Assembly (NCBI GenBank): GCA_040387095.1
Contig: JAZKEJ010000017.1
Coordinates: 57,922-121,921 of the forward strand
DNA from: Pseudomonadota bacterium
Lineage (GTDB): Bacteria; Pseudomonadota; Gammaproteobacteria; Burkholderiales; Methylophilaceae
Reading direction: 5' to 3'
Length of the DNA stretch: 64,000 bases
The notes under the pieces were generated by a model, which did not search any database, was not told the DNA's origin, and was given only the letters and a program-made list of their open reading frames with translations. The position numbers and the translations under genes are program-made. This document shows positions 32,882 through 43,490 of the stretch, in pieces (position 1 is the stretch's first letter; each line of letters starts with the position of its first letter).

Positions 32882-34438
32882 TCAAGCCTGAAAGTTAATC
32901 AGAGTTTTACCTGTCATTTCAGCGGGTTGCGGTAAGCCCATCATTGTTAATAAAGTGGGTGCTAAATCAGATAATACGCCCGATTCAGCTAATTTTGCTT
33001 TACGCCCCACATAAATCATCGGCACCAAATTGGTGGTATGTTGTGTATGGGCTTGGTTATTGATGCCATCGAACATCATTTCAGCGTTGCCGTGGTCAGC
33101 AGTAATAATCACTTCGGCGCCATTATTTCTCGCAGCTTGTACAACGCGGGCAACGCAGGTGTCTAAAGTTTCAACGGCTTTAATCGCCGCCGGTAAATTG
33201 CCGGTGTGGCCGACCATATCGCCATTAGCGTAATTGCAAATAATTGCGCTATATTGCTGGCTGTTGATAGCATCCACAAGCTTGTCTGTAAGTTCTGGCG
33301 CACTCATTTCTGGCTGCAAATCGTAAGTAGCCACTTTGGGTGACGGCACTAAAATACGATCTTCTCCCATAAAAACTGCTTCATCGCCACCATTAAAAAA
33401 GAAAGTGACATGCGGATACTTTTCAGTTTCGGCGATGCGTAGTTGTTTCAGGCCTAAACTAGACACATATTCACCAAATGTATTCGGTACACTTGTTGCC
33501 GCAAAAATAGGCGTGGCGCGTTTTTGATTTTGATCGTACTGCGTCAATGTAAAATAAGCAGAGAGTTTTGGTACGCGATTGCGTTGAAATCCTGCAAAAT
33601 CGTCATTTAATAAAGCATCAGTCAATTGTCGCGCACGGTCGCTTCTAAAATTCATATAGACGATGCAATCACCATCTTCTAGGCGAATCACAGGCTCGTT
33701 TGCTTGACGAATCACGGTGCACTTTACAAACTCATCCTGCTCACCCCTGGCATACGCATTATGCAGCGCATCACTGGCGCTGGCTTCAGTAAATTCACCA
33801 ATGCCATCCACAATCATATTGTAGGCAGGTGTCACGCGCTCCCAGCGTTTGTCCCTGTCCATGCTGTAGAAGCGACCAGAAATTGATACGATTTTGCCTA
33901 CGCCCAGCATTTTTATTTTGTCTTCCAGCAAAGCAATATAAGGCACAGCGCTGATTGGCGGCGTATCGCGGCCATCTAAAAATGCATGCACGTAGATGCG
34001 CCGCAAACCTTGTTGTGCGGCCATTTCGAGCATAGTTAAGATATGATTAACATGGCTATGTACACCGCCGTCTGACAACAAACCAAAAATATGCAAAGCT
34101 TTATTATCTGTTTTTAGCTGTTTTAACGCGTTGACTAAATTGGCATGCTTAAAAAAATCGCCACTGCTAATGCTATTGTTAATACGTTCAAAATCTTGAA
34201 ATACGATGCGCCCTGCGCCAATATTAAGATGGCCGACTTCAGAGTTGCCCATTTGACCATCTGGCAAACCAACATAATGTTCAGAGGCGTTAATCAGCAT
34301 ATGCTGCTCTGTAAGCTTTAACTGGTCTAAATTTGGCGTACTCGCCTGCGCGATGGCGTTATTGGTCATATCTTCCCGATGCCCAAAGCCATCTAAAATC
34401 AACAATATGACGGGCGTAATAACTGGTGTACTTGGCAT
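32882..34438 (-). CDS. gpmI: 2,3-BPG-independent phosphoglycerate mutase
   Basis: ILDGFG, GQMGNSEVGH, DGGVHSH, DMVGHTG, TADHGNAE. Confidence 0.98.
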   Translation of the reverse strand: MPSTPVITPVILLILDGFGHREDMTNNAIAQASTPNLDQLKLTEQHMLINASEHYVGLPDGQMGNSEVGHLNIGAGRIVFQDFERINNSISSGDFFKHANLVNALKQLKTDNKALHIFGLLSDGGVHSHVNHILTMLEMAAQQGLRRIYVHAFLDGRDTPPISAVPYIALLEDKIKMLGVGKIVSISGRFYSMDRDKRWERVTPAYNMIVDGIGEFTEASASDALHNAYARGEQDEFVKCTVIRQANEPVIRLEDGDCIVYMNFRSDRARQLTDALLNDDFAGFQRNRVPKLSAYFTLTQYDQNQKRATPIFAATSVPNTFGEYVSSLGLKQLRIAETEKYPHVTFFFNGGDEAVFMGEDRILVPSPKVATYDLQPEMSAPELTDKLVDAINSQQYSAIICNYANGDMVGHTGNLPAAIKAVETLDTCVARVVQAARNNGAEVIITADHGNAEMMFDGINNQAHTQHTTNLVPMIYVGRKAKLAESGVLSDLAPTLLTMMGLPQPAEMTGKTLINFQA

Positions 34439-34614
34439 GTCAAAATCTTCCTAATCTGCGCTTTAAATCTGCCTAAAGCTAAACATTTTATTAAGTTAAA
34501 TATTGGTTAAGTTATCCATTATAATAGTTGGCTGTCTAATGCGCATCTAAATGCGCATTTAAATAACACCCCGCATGCAAATGATTGCGCGAATATGAAA
34601 CTTTTGGAAACATC

Positions 34615-35046
34615 ATGACTGAAATATCCCTGTACGAATTTGTAAAAGAAAACGCATTGCTGATTGGCTTGGCTATTGGTTCTGGTATTGCATTGCTATG
34701 GCCGATGCTCAATCGCGGCGCCAGTGGTGTAGCTAACTTAAGTGCGTCTGAAGCGGTATTAATGCTTAACCGTGGTAAACCGTTAATACTGGATGTGCGT
34801 GATGAAGCTGAATTCGCCAGCGGACACATTCAAGGTGCAAAACATATTCCAGTTGCCGATTTGGCCAGCCGTTTAAAAGAAATTGAAAAATTTAAAGACA
34901 AGCCAGTTCTAGTACATTGTCAGCGCGGCATGCGTGCAAAGAACGCAATCAAGATTTTAAAAGCACAGCAATTCAGTCAGTTGAATAATCTGCAAGGCGG
35001 TTTAAATGCTTGGGTAGAAGCCAAATTACCTTTGGTTAAAAAATAG
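34615..35046 (+). CDS. Membrane-anchored rhodanese-like protein (YibN-like)
   Basis: N-terminal TM, LDVR, GHIQGA, active-loop CQRGMR, LQGGLNAW; ATG 34615 preferred. Confidence 0.9.
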   Translation: MTEISLYEFVKENALLIGLAIGSGIALLWPMLNRGASGVANLSASEAVLMLNRGKPLILDVRDEAEFASGHIQGAKHIPVADLASRLKEIEKFKDKPVLVHCQRGMRAKNAIKILKAQQFSQLNNLQGGLNAWVEAKLPLVKK

Positions 35047-35060
35047 TCGAAATCATTAAA

Positions 35061-35333
35061 ATGGATACGACAAACACCCCGAATATATTGATGTATGCAA
35101 CGGCAAGTTGCCCTTATTGCATTAATGCAGAACGATTATTAACCGCAAAAGGTATCGCAAACATCCATAAAATCCGAGTCGATCTGCAGCCAGAATTAAG
35201 GCAAGAAATGATGCAAAAAACGGGTCGGCGTACTGTGCCGCAAATTTATATTAATCAGCAACATATTGGCGGTTATGATGAATTGCGTGCATTAGACGTG
35301 GCCGGTAAATTAGATTCACTGTTGAGTATTTAG
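35061..35333 (+). CDS. grxC: Glutaredoxin 3
   Basis: CPYC, RTVPQIYI, GGYDEL. Confidence 0.95.
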   Translation: MDTTNTPNILMYATASCPYCINAERLLTAKGIANIHKIRVDLQPELRQEMMQKTGRRTVPQIYINQQHIGGYDELRALDVAGKLDSLLSI

Positions 35334-35512
35334 CTCACTAAATTAGCCGCATAATCAACTTAAGTATTTGCTTTAAATAACGAATACATCAACTTTTGCC
35401 ACAATAATGTAATGAACAAAAAGCAATTAAAAGCTAGAATGCTTTTTTAAACCTGTATCAAAGTTAACTATTTTTTCAACTTAAATAAATGTAACCGTTT
35501 TAGGAAAATAAT

Positions 35513-35995
35513 ATGGCAGCAGCAGATAACGCAACAAATCAAGCAACAGAACAAAATGCACAGCCTGGCTTTTCAATTGAAAAGTTATATGTAAAAGATG
35601 CCTCACTGGAAATTCCCAATGCACCACAGGTTTTTACCGACCGTACGCCGCCACAGGTTAATGTCGAGTTGGGTAATGCTGCACTGAAATTAGAAGAGGG
35701 TATTTTTGAATCAACCATTAAAGTAACTGTTACTGCAAAAATTGGTGATAAAGTTGCTTTCTTGGTGGAAGTCACTCAAGCAGGTATTTTCGCGATCCGT
35801 AACGTTCCAGAAGAAAATCTAGAAATGATTTTAGGCGTGACTTGTCCTAATATTTTATTCCCTTATGCACGTGAGGCAGTTTCAGATCTGGTTACGCGCG
35901 CAGGTTTTGCACCTGTTTTGTTAAATCCGATTAATTTTGAAGCGTTGTTTATGCAGCAAAAACAGCAAGCTGAAAATGCAGCAAAAGCCAATTAA
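35513..35995 (+). CDS. secB: Protein export chaperone SecB
   Basis: IEKLYVKDASLEIPNAP, CPNILFPYARE, PINFEALF. Confidence 0.97.
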   Translation: MAAADNATNQATEQNAQPGFSIEKLYVKDASLEIPNAPQVFTDRTPPQVNVELGNAALKLEEGIFESTIKVTVTAKIGDKVAFLVEVTQAGIFAIRNVPEENLEMILGVTCPNILFPYAREAVSDLVTRAGFAPVLLNPINFEALFMQQKQQAENAAKAN

Positions 35996-36011
35996 TTTGA
36001 ACAATACAACA

Positions 36012-36461
36012 ATGTTAAACCCTGTTAAAACGCTGATGGTTTTATTAGGGCTCGCCTGTTCTTTTAATGCGGCCGCGCTGGACTTTCGTTCTATCACCAC
36101 GCCCAAAGCAATTCTGTATGATGCACCATCAACAGAGGCGACCAAATTGTATATTTTAGGCCAGGGCTATCCGGTTGAAGTGATTGTGAATTTAGGCGAG
36201 TGGATAAAAGTACGAGATGCGATGGGCGGCCTGAGTTGGGTTGAAGGTAAACAGCTGAGCAATAAACGTACGGTATTGGTGCTGACGACAACCGAAATTA
36301 AGTCAGCAGAAGATGCAGGTTCAAGTTTGGTCGCGACCGCCGAAAAAGACGTGGTATTAGAATTGCTATCCTCAAGTACAAAATCCGGTTGGGTTAAAGT
36401 CAAGCATCGTGACGGCCTTACTGGTTATGTATCCAGCACCGCGCTTTGGGGTTCTAATTAG
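36012..36461 (+). CDS. Exported tandem bacterial SH3-domain protein
   Basis: Signal peptide from ATG 36012; LYDAPS, YPVEVIV, WIKVRD, WVKVKHRDG; between secB and gpsA. Confidence 0.88.
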   Translation: MLNPVKTLMVLLGLACSFNAAALDFRSITTPKAILYDAPSTEATKLYILGQGYPVEVIVNLGEWIKVRDAMGGLSWVEGKQLSNKRTVLVLTTTEIKSAEDAGSSLVATAEKDVVLELLSSSTKSGWVKVKHRDGLTGYVSSTALWGSN

Positions 36462-36507
36462 TTAGCGGTTTAACCGGTAAGTTGTTCAATAATGAGTATT
36501 AAAATAA

Positions 36508-37500
36508 ATGGCTAAAATCGCAGTGTTGGGTGCAGGTGCTTGGGGTACAGCGCTTGCCATACAAATTAGCCATCGGCACCAAGTGGCTTTGTGGGCGCGT
36601 AACAGCGGACACGTTTCTGGCATGCGCAAAGCGCGCGCTAACCCAATGTACTTGGGCGATTTTAAATTCAATGATAATTTGCAGGTTGAAGACGACTTAA
36701 GCGTGGCTATTGATGGCGCGGATATTATTTTATCTGTTGTACCAACTGCGGGTTTCAGGGCCATATTAAAAGACATTAAGGCATTAAAATCCAATCAGCC
36801 CATCGTGTGGGCGCATAAAGGTTTAGAGCCACAAACTGCTAAATTGCCGCATGAAGTGGCGCTTGAAGAGTTAAGTCACAGTCAAAAATGGGGCGCGCTT
36901 TCTGGCCCAAGTTTTGCGGCAGAACTGGTGCGCGGCTTGCCAACCGCTGTTACGCTGGCGGCGAACGACGCCAGTTTTGCAATTTCCGCCGCAAATTTAA
37001 TTCATGGCAGTAATCTGCGTGTTTACAATAGCACTGATGTGGTCGGCGTATCAGTCGGCGGCGCGGTAAAAAACGTAATGGCAATTGCCGCAGGTATTAG
37101 CGATGGCATGGGTTTTGGTAATAATGCACGTGCTGCGATGATTACACGCGGCCTTGCCGAAATCACCCGTTTCGGTGTGGCATTAGGTGCAAAAACCGAA
37201 ACATTTATGGGTTTAGCTGGCGCTGGCGATTTGATTTTAACCTGTACAGGCCAGTACTCCAGAAACCGCGAAGTGGGTTTGCAACTGGCCAGCGGTAAAA
37301 GTTTGGAAGATATTTTGCAAGGCTTGGGCCATGTGGCCGAGGGAGTTAATACCGCGCGAGAAGTGATGCGGCTTGCAGATAGCATGAGCATTGATATGCC
37401 CATCACTTTTGAAGTCAATCAAGCACTAACGCACGGAAAATCGGCACGCGATGCAGTGATCACTTTACTTGGACGCGGTCAAAAGGCAGAAGGGTTTTAA
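36508..37500 (+). CDS. gpsA: NAD(P)H-dependent glycerol-3-phosphate dehydrogenase
   Basis: GAGAWGTALA, LSGPSFA, GAVKNVMAI, GDLILTC, SRN. Confidence 0.97.
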   Translation: MAKIAVLGAGAWGTALAIQISHRHQVALWARNSGHVSGMRKARANPMYLGDFKFNDNLQVEDDLSVAIDGADIILSVVPTAGFRAILKDIKALKSNQPIVWAHKGLEPQTAKLPHEVALEELSHSQKWGALSGPSFAAELVRGLPTAVTLAANDASFAISAANLIHGSNLRVYNSTDVVGVSVGGAVKNVMAIAAGISDGMGFGNNARAAMITRGLAEITRFGVALGAKTETFMGLAGAGDLILTCTGQYSRNREVGLQLASGKSLEDILQGLGHVAEGVNTAREVMRLADSMSIDMPITFEVNQALTHGKSARDAVITLLGRGQKAEGF

Positions 37501-37542
37501 ACTGCTTTGTAGTCATGTTTAATTAATGCGCATCCAGTCCCA

Positions 37543-38013
37543 TTAAACGCCACCTTCAAATCCAACTTGCCGCCAGGCTTCATACAACAACACCGCTGCG
37601 CTATTCGATAGATTTAAGCTGCGGCTATTTGGCAGCATCGGTAATCGTAAACGATGATCTGCTACAAATTCAGCGCGAATTTCTTCAGGTAAGCCACGTG
37701 TTTCCGGGCCAAATACAAATACATCATCTGTTTTAAAATCCACGTTTGCGTAGTTTTGGCTGCCTTTGGTCGTTATGGCAAATAACCGTCGACCTTGCAT
37801 CGCAAGACTAAAATCAGCCCAATTTTTATGCACTTTCAGGTTGGCATACTCGTGATAATCCAAACCCGCACGCTTCAATTGCTTGTCTTCCAACTTAAAA
37901 CCTAAAGGTTCAATTAAGTGTAGATCCGCGCCAGTATTGGCGCATAAGCGGATTATGTTGCCTGTGTTTGGGGGAATTTCTGGTTCAAATAATGCGATGG
38001 TAAACATGGTCAA
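37543..38013 (-). CDS. trmL: tRNA (cytidine/uridine-2'-O)-methyltransferase TrmL
   Basis: [37 protein letters not shown]. Confidence 0.96.
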   Translation of the reverse strand: MTMFTIALFEPEIPPNTGNIIRLCANTGADLHLIEPLGFKLEDKQLKRAGLDYHEYANLKVHKNWADFSLAMQGRRLFAITTKGSQNYANVDFKTDDVFVFGPETRGLPEEIRAEFVADHRLRLPMLPNSRSLNLSNSAAVLLYEAWRQVGFEGGV

Positions 38014-38034
38014 ATATCTTAATAGACAGTTATC

Positions 38035-38784
38035 TTAATGTGGAAAGGTGCGCGCAATAACCCAGCATTCTACATGCGTTGCGCCTGCTTGTTTAAGCGT
38101 TTTAGCCAGCTCATTTAAACTGGCGCCCGTGGTCATTACGTCATCTACAATGGCGATGCGTTTGCCTGTTAAATCTTTGTTAACCTTAAATGCGCCTTTG
38201 ATATTCTTAACGCGATCTTTCAAAGGCAAGCTGGCTTGTGGCGGTGTTAGCGTATGGCGAATCACGCTTTTATAATCTAATTTAGATATGTTATTTTTGT
38301 TTAAAGATAAATCCAACTCTTTTGCAATTTCCAGCGCTTGGTTAAAGCCACGTTCTTTTAAACGTGTCGGATGCATAGGCATGGGAACAATTAAATCTAT
38401 CGCATCACAATTATTTGCGGTGCGTATTTTTTCGCTCATTAACTGTCCAAAAGTACCACTTAAGCTGAGTACTCCGCCGTATTTGTAGCGTTGTATTATG
38501 GTGTCGACTGGATACGCGTACAAAAACACAGCATGGGTTACATCGAAATCGGGTTGTGAGCTAATGCAATTGCCACAAATTTGACTGTTTGAATTTAATG
38601 CACATTGTGGGCAGCTGCTAGCGGGCGACCACGTTAAGTCTTTTAGGCAATCTTGGCACACGCCGTATTTTTCAGTTTGATTCGCTACGCATAAAAAACA
38701 ATGCTGCTTAAAAAATAAGCTAAATATTGACTCTAAATTTAACAAATGACTATTTTTTAACCAATTGTTTATTATTTGCTTCAT
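38035..38784 (-). CDS. comF: ComF family phosphoribosyltransferase-like protein
   Basis: Four CxxC, RGFNQA, VDDVMTTGASL; divergent from bioB. Confidence 0.92.
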   Translation of the reverse strand: MKQIINNWLKNSHLLNLESIFSLFFKQHCFLCVANQTEKYGVCQDCLKDLTWSPASSCPQCALNSNSQICGNCISSQPDFDVTHAVFLYAYPVDTIIQRYKYGGVLSLSGTFGQLMSEKIRTANNCDAIDLIVPMPMHPTRLKERGFNQALEIAKELDLSLNKNNISKLDYKSVIRHTLTPPQASLPLKDRVKNIKGAFKVNKDLTGKRIAIVDDVMTTGASLNELAKTLKQAGATHVECWVIARTFPH

Positions 38785-38876
38785 ATTGTCTTTACCGCTT
38801 ATAATTTGGGTTAAATAGCCGTCAATATTCTAATAAAAATAGTCATTTGCCTAAGTAATATCAAGAGGAATTCCTT

Positions 38877-39923
38877 ATGTTAGAAATAATCAAGAATCAA
38901 AGCCCAGACTCATTTAATGAGTCCATTATACTGAATGAATCTGTTGTCAATACAGATGCATTAAAACGTAGTGCTTGCGAAGCGGTAACCGTTAATCGCT
39001 GGGCTGTAGATGAAATTGTCGCTTTGTTTGAGCTGCCATTTAGCGATTTGATCCATCAAGCGCAAACCATCCATCGCGCAAATTTTGATCCTAATGCGGT
39101 GCAAGTTAGCACGCTTTTGTCAATCAAAACAGGTGGTTGTAGTGAAGATTGCGGCTACTGTCCACAGGCAGCGCGCTACCATACTGATGTTGAAGCGGAA
39201 CCTTTGATGAAACTAGATGAGGTACTGGCTGCCGCGCAAGAGGCAAAAGACAATGGGGCAAGTCGCTTCTGTATGGGTGCAGCCTGGCGCGGCCCAAAAC
39301 AACGCGATCTTGAGCCGGTTCTGAAAATGATTCAAGAAGTGAAAGCGATGGGCTTGGAAACTTGCGCTACTTTGGGTATGTTAAAAGAAGGTCAAGCAGA
39401 GCAGTTAAAAGACGCGGGTCTGGATTATTACAATCACAATTTAGACACCGCACCAGAGTTTTACGGCGATGTGATCACCACACGCACTTATCAAGACAGG
39501 TTAGATACACTAGGCCGCGTGCGTAGCGCAGATATCAATGTCTGTAGCGGAGGCATCATCGGCATGGGTGAGTCGCGTAATCAGCGTGCAGGCTTGCTGG
39601 CGCAATTAGCGAATATGGAACGCCCGCCAGAAAGTGTGCCGATTAATTTGCTGACACAAGTGGAAGGCACGCCATTGCACGGTACGGATGAGTTGGACCC
39701 GATTGAATTCGTGAGGACGATTGCAGCTGCGCGTATCACCATGCCGGATAGTTTTGTGCGTTTATCTGCAGGCCGCCAAAGCATGCATGAGGGTATACAG
39801 GCGTTGTGCTTTTTAGCCGGCGCCAACAGTATTTTTTACGGCGAAAAATTATTAACGACGGGTAATCCTGAAGCGGCAACAGATAAAAAGCTATTCGCCA
39901 AGCTGGGCATTAATAAAATTTAG
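38877..39923 (+). CDS. bioB: Biotin synthase
   Basis: CSEDCGYC radical SAM motif, YNHNLDT, RLSAGR, GANSIF. Confidence 0.98.
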   Translation: MLEIIKNQSPDSFNESIILNESVVNTDALKRSACEAVTVNRWAVDEIVALFELPFSDLIHQAQTIHRANFDPNAVQVSTLLSIKTGGCSEDCGYCPQAARYHTDVEAEPLMKLDEVLAAAQEAKDNGASRFCMGAAWRGPKQRDLEPVLKMIQEVKAMGLETCATLGMLKEGQAEQLKDAGLDYYNHNLDTAPEFYGDVITTRTYQDRLDTLGRVRSADINVCSGGIIGMGESRNQRAGLLAQLANMERPPESVPINLLTQVEGTPLHGTDELDPIEFVRTIAAARITMPDSFVRLSAGRQSMHEGIQALCFLAGANSIFYGEKLLTTGNPEAATDKKLFAKLGINKI

Positions 39924-39971
39924 TCACAGAATTAACTAAACATTCACTGATAAATTTGATTAAGTAAAACA

Positions 39972-41180
39972 ATGTTAGCCGCATTAAAAAATGAATTAAG
40001 CCTATTTTCAGGCCTGCAAAGTGAGTTGATGCAGCGCAAAACGGATGGTCTATTACGCCAACGAAGGTTACTCGATTCGCCTCAGGCCGAATATATTGTT
40101 GCCAATGAGAAGCGCTTCTTATCGTTTTGCAGCAACGATTATTTAGGTTTGGCCAATCACCCACAATTAATTGCTGCCATGCAAAAAGCGGCAGGTGACT
40201 CCGGTGTTGGTAGCGGTGCTTCTAATCTCATCACCGGTCATCATCGCTATCACGATGCGCTTGAGAAGCAATTGGCAAGATTTGTAGAAATGCCGGCTGC
40301 GCTACTATTTTCAACAGGCTATATGGCGAATATTGGTGTCATTGGCGCACTAATGGGGCGCCATGATGCGATTTTTGCGGATAAATTGAACCATGCTTGT
40401 TTAAATGAAGGTGCCTATCTATCGCGCGCAGCGTTTCATCGCTTTCCGCACAATGATGTGAGCGCGTTAGAAAAATTACTGAAAGAAAGTACCGCAAAGC
40501 ATAAGCTGATTGCCGCAGATGCCGTATTCAGTATGGATGGCGACATTGCGCCATTGCCTGAATATCTGGCTTTATGCGAAAAATATGATGCCTATCTTTA
40601 TATCGATGATGCACATGGTTTTGGTGTGCTCGGCAAAAACGGTAAAGGCAGTTTAAGTCATTTAAACCTAAAATCACCACGTATTATCATGATGGCAACC
40701 TTAGGCAAGGCGGCGGGGGTTGCAGGCGCGTTTGTAGCAGGCGAACAAATAGTAATTGACTACCTGATCCAAAAAGCAAACAGTTATGTCTATTCAACGC
40801 CAGCACCGCCAGCGCTATCTGCAACGCTGTCGGCATCAATTGAATTGATTGAAAATGGCGATGATTTACGCACACATTTGAACGCTTTAATTGCCACACT
40901 TAAAGCAAACTTAACCCTAAAAAATTGGCAATTATTGCCATCGGATACAGCAGTGCAACCTTTGGTCGTAGGCAGTAATCACGACGCTTTGGCCTTAAGT
41001 GAATACTTGCAGACACTTGGCATTTTAGTGCCGGCGATTCGCCCGCCAACTGTGCCATTGAATACGGCGCGGTTACGTATTTCATTGTCCGCGGCGCACT
41101 CGGTGGAAGATGTGTTGTGTTTAGCAAATGCGATTAATAACGCGGAGAAGCTGATGACCGAAAGTATAGAAGTAGCATGA
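39972..41180 (+). CDS. bioF: 8-amino-7-oxononanoate synthase
   Basis: SNDYLGL, FSMDGD, DDAHG, TLGKA, IRPPTVP. Confidence 0.97.
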   Translation: MLAALKNELSLFSGLQSELMQRKTDGLLRQRRLLDSPQAEYIVANEKRFLSFCSNDYLGLANHPQLIAAMQKAAGDSGVGSGASNLITGHHRYHDALEKQLARFVEMPAALLFSTGYMANIGVIGALMGRHDAIFADKLNHACLNEGAYLSRAAFHRFPHNDVSALEKLLKESTAKHKLIAADAVFSMDGDIAPLPEYLALCEKYDAYLYIDDAHGFGVLGKNGKGSLSHLNLKSPRIIMMATLGKAAGVAGAFVAGEQIVIDYLIQKANSYVYSTPAPPALSATLSASIELIENGDDLRTHLNALIATLKANLTLKNWQLLPSDTAVQPLVVGSNHDALALSEYLQTLGILVPAIRPPTVPLNTARLRISLSAAHSVEDVLCLANAINNAEKLMTESIEVA

Positions 41181-41941
41181 GCGCGCATGTCGAAATAATT
41201 GGGCAAGGCCAGCCATTGGTGATGTTGCACGGCTGGGGCATGCACAGCGGCGTTTGGCAGCCATTGATCAAGAAACTGTCTGCTCAATATATGCTGTATC
41301 TGGTCGATTTACCTGGCATGGGTAACAGTCGCCCGATTGAGCCGTACCATTTACATGCGCTGGCAGATGAAGTCGCACAAGTCATTCCAGGTGTTTCAGA
41401 CGTGCTCGGCTGGTCGCTGGGTGGACTGGTTGCGCAACGTATTGCTTTAAACCAGCCTGATCGTATTCGACGCTTGATTCTTGTTGCATCAACCCCTTGT
41501 TTTGTGAACAAAAATGACTGGGATGCAGGTATTGATCCTGCTAATTTTGAGTCGTTTGCAGCAGCTGTAAACAGCGATTACAAAGCAACTATATTGCAAT
41601 TTTTAACCTTACAATGCATGAAAGCCGACGATGCGCGCAGCACACTTAAGCAATTGCGTGCCAGCTTTGACGCACGACCTACTCCTACACAAACCACATT
41701 ACAGCGGGCATTACAGATTTTATTGGAATCGGATTTACGTGCTGAAGTAAGCAGTATACGTAAACCTACATTACTGATTCATGGTGATCGCGACACATTA
41801 GCCCCAGTACAGGCGGCGCACTGGATGATGCAGCAACTTCCACATGGTTTTTTACGCGTCATGTCAGGCAGTGCGCATGCGCCTTTTCTGTCACATTCAG
41901 AACAATTTATCGCCGCACTTAATCAATTTTTAGAGCCTTAA
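41177..41941 (+). CDS. bioH: Pimeloyl-ACP methyl ester esterase
   Basis: LHGWG, GWSLGG, HAPFLSH. Confidence 0.95.
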   Translation: MSAHVEIIGQGQPLVMLHGWGMHSGVWQPLIKKLSAQYMLYLVDLPGMGNSRPIEPYHLHALADEVAQVIPGVSDVLGWSLGGLVAQRIALNQPDRIRRLILVASTPCFVNKNDWDAGIDPANFESFAAAVNSDYKATILQFLTLQCMKADDARSTLKQLRASFDARPTPTQTTLQRALQILLESDLRAEVSSIRKPTLLIHGDRDTLAPVQAAHWMMQQLPHGFLRVMSGSAHAPFLSHSEQFIAALNQFLEP

Positions 41942-42015
41942 TGCAAGATTTAAAATCGCAAGACGCTTACTCACAAGACACTAATTTGCAAGACGCTAGC
42001 TCACAAGATATATAT
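41941..42015 (+). repeat. Five degenerate 15-bp tandem repeats (xQDxx) at the bioC 5' end
   Basis: atgcaagatttaaaa tcgcaagacgcttac tcacaagacactaat ttgcaagacgctagc tcacaagatatatat. Confidence 0.8.
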
Positions 42016-42879
42016 TGGATGGACAAGGCACGTGTACGTGCGTCGTTTGATCGGGCGGCGCAGACCTATGACGCAGCTGCCATCTTGCAAAAATTGGTGC
42101 GCACAGAAATGCTGAGCCGTTTAGATCTAGTAAAAATTAAGCCAAAAGTGATATTGGACGCGGGCTGTGGCACAGGGCATGGTAGTTTTGCACTGCAAAA
42201 AAAGTTTAGCAGTGCACAAGTGGTTTCACTGGATATTGCACTTGCTATGCTGCAAAAAACACATGAGCAACAACCCTTTTTGAGTAAATTATTCAAGCAA
42301 AAAAACTTGGTGTGTGCCGATATTGAGCGTTTACCAATAGCGAGTATGAGTTTGAGCATGGTCTGGTCAAATCTCGCTTTGCAATGGTGTAATGATTTAG
42401 ATGCTGCATTCGGTGAAGTAGCACGCGTCTTGCAGCCAGATGGTTTGTTTATGTTCAGCACATTTGGCCCCGATACCTTAAAAGAATTACGCACGGCGAC
42501 TCATAACGGCAATACGCATGTCAGCCGCTTTATCGATATGCACGATATTGGCGATGCCTTAACCCGCGCTGGTTTTAGTGCGCCAGTGCTGGATGTTGAG
42601 CGTTACACGCTGACTTATGATGATGTAAAAGGGGTTATGAAAGATTTGAAATCCATTGGTGCTCATAATGCAACTCAGGGCCGTGCAAGAGGCTTGCTGG
42701 GGCGTGGATTTTTACAACACTTAACGCAGCAATATGAGCAATTTCGGCAAACTTTAGAAGAAGGCGGAAAATTGCCGGCTACTTTTGAAGTGGTGTATGG
42801 ACACGCCTGGAAGGCTGAATCCAAAACAGATTTAGGTATCGGCGTTTCACCGATTACATTTAAAACTTATAAATCATGA
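41941..42879 (+). CDS. bioC: Malonyl-ACP O-methyltransferase; alternative start ATG 42019
   Basis: FDRAAQTYD, LDAGCGTG, SNLALQW, FIDMHDIGD, PATFEVVYGHAW. Confidence 0.96.
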   Translation: MQDLKSQDAYSQDTNLQDASSQDIYWMDKARVRASFDRAAQTYDAAAILQKLVRTEMLSRLDLVKIKPKVILDAGCGTGHGSFALQKKFSSAQVVSLDIALAMLQKTHEQQPFLSKLFKQKNLVCADIERLPIASMSLSMVWSNLALQWCNDLDAAFGEVARVLQPDGLFMFSTFGPDTLKELRTATHNGNTHVSRFIDMHDIGDALTRAGFSAPVLDVERYTLTYDDVKGVMKDLKSIGAHNATQGRARGLLGRGFLQHLTQQYEQFRQTLEEGGKLPATFEVVYGHAWKAESKTDLGIGVSPITFKTYKS

Positions 42880-43490
42880 AAAAAGCGTTTTTTATAACAG
42901 GCACCGATACCGGAGTGGGGAAAACTTACATTGCCTGTAAGCTTATCCAGCAACATGTAGCACAAGGTTATAAGGTGGTTGGTATGAAACCGGTAGCCGC
43001 AGGTTGCGAGCTTGTGGATGGCGAATGGGTAAATGACGATGTTTTAAAGTTAGAAGCAGTCAGCAATGTAAAAGCACCACGCGAATTGACGAATCCATAT
43101 AGTTTTAAAGAACCAATTGCGCCGCATATTGCCGCGGAGTTAGCGGGGGAAAACATTCAAATCGCAGTAATTAAGCAAGCTTTTGATGCGTTAAGTGAAT
43201 TGGCAGATATTGTGATTGTGGAGGGGGCCGGTGGTTTTTTAGTGCCGCTTAACGATTCAGAAAGCATGGCCGATCTGGCTATTCATCTTAATATCCCCAT
43301 TATATTGGTAGTTGGTATGCGACTAGGCTGTATCAACCATGCGTTACTCACAGCAGAGGCAATTAAAACTAAAAATGTAAGCTTGGAGGGGTGGGTTGCG
43401 AATCCAATAGACGCTGAAATGCAGTATTACAACAACAATATTGCGGCAATTGCAAAGCAATTGCATTTAATTAAACAGTTACACTATTAG
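42876..43490 (+). CDS. bioD: Dethiobiotin synthase
   Basis: ITGTDTGVGKT, KPVAAG, VEGAGG, LGCINH. Confidence 0.97.
   Translation: MKKAFFITGTDTGVGKTYIACKLIQQHVAQGYKVVGMKPVAAGCELVDGEWVNDDVLKLEAVSNVKAPRELTNPYSFKEPIAPHIAAELAGENIQIAVIKQAFDALSELADIVIVEGAGGFLVPLNDSESMADLAIHLNIPIILVVGMRLGCINHALLTAEAIKTKNVSLEGWVANPIDAEMQYYNNNIAAIAKQLHLIKQLHY

Noticed and set aside
38785-38876. Canonical BirA operator upstream of bioB
   Set aside because: No TGTAAACC-N14/16-GGTTTACA-like palindrome found
38877-43490. Absence of bioA from the bio operon
   Set aside because: bioBFHCD with bioA located elsewhere is a common arrangement; it cannot be judged from this window
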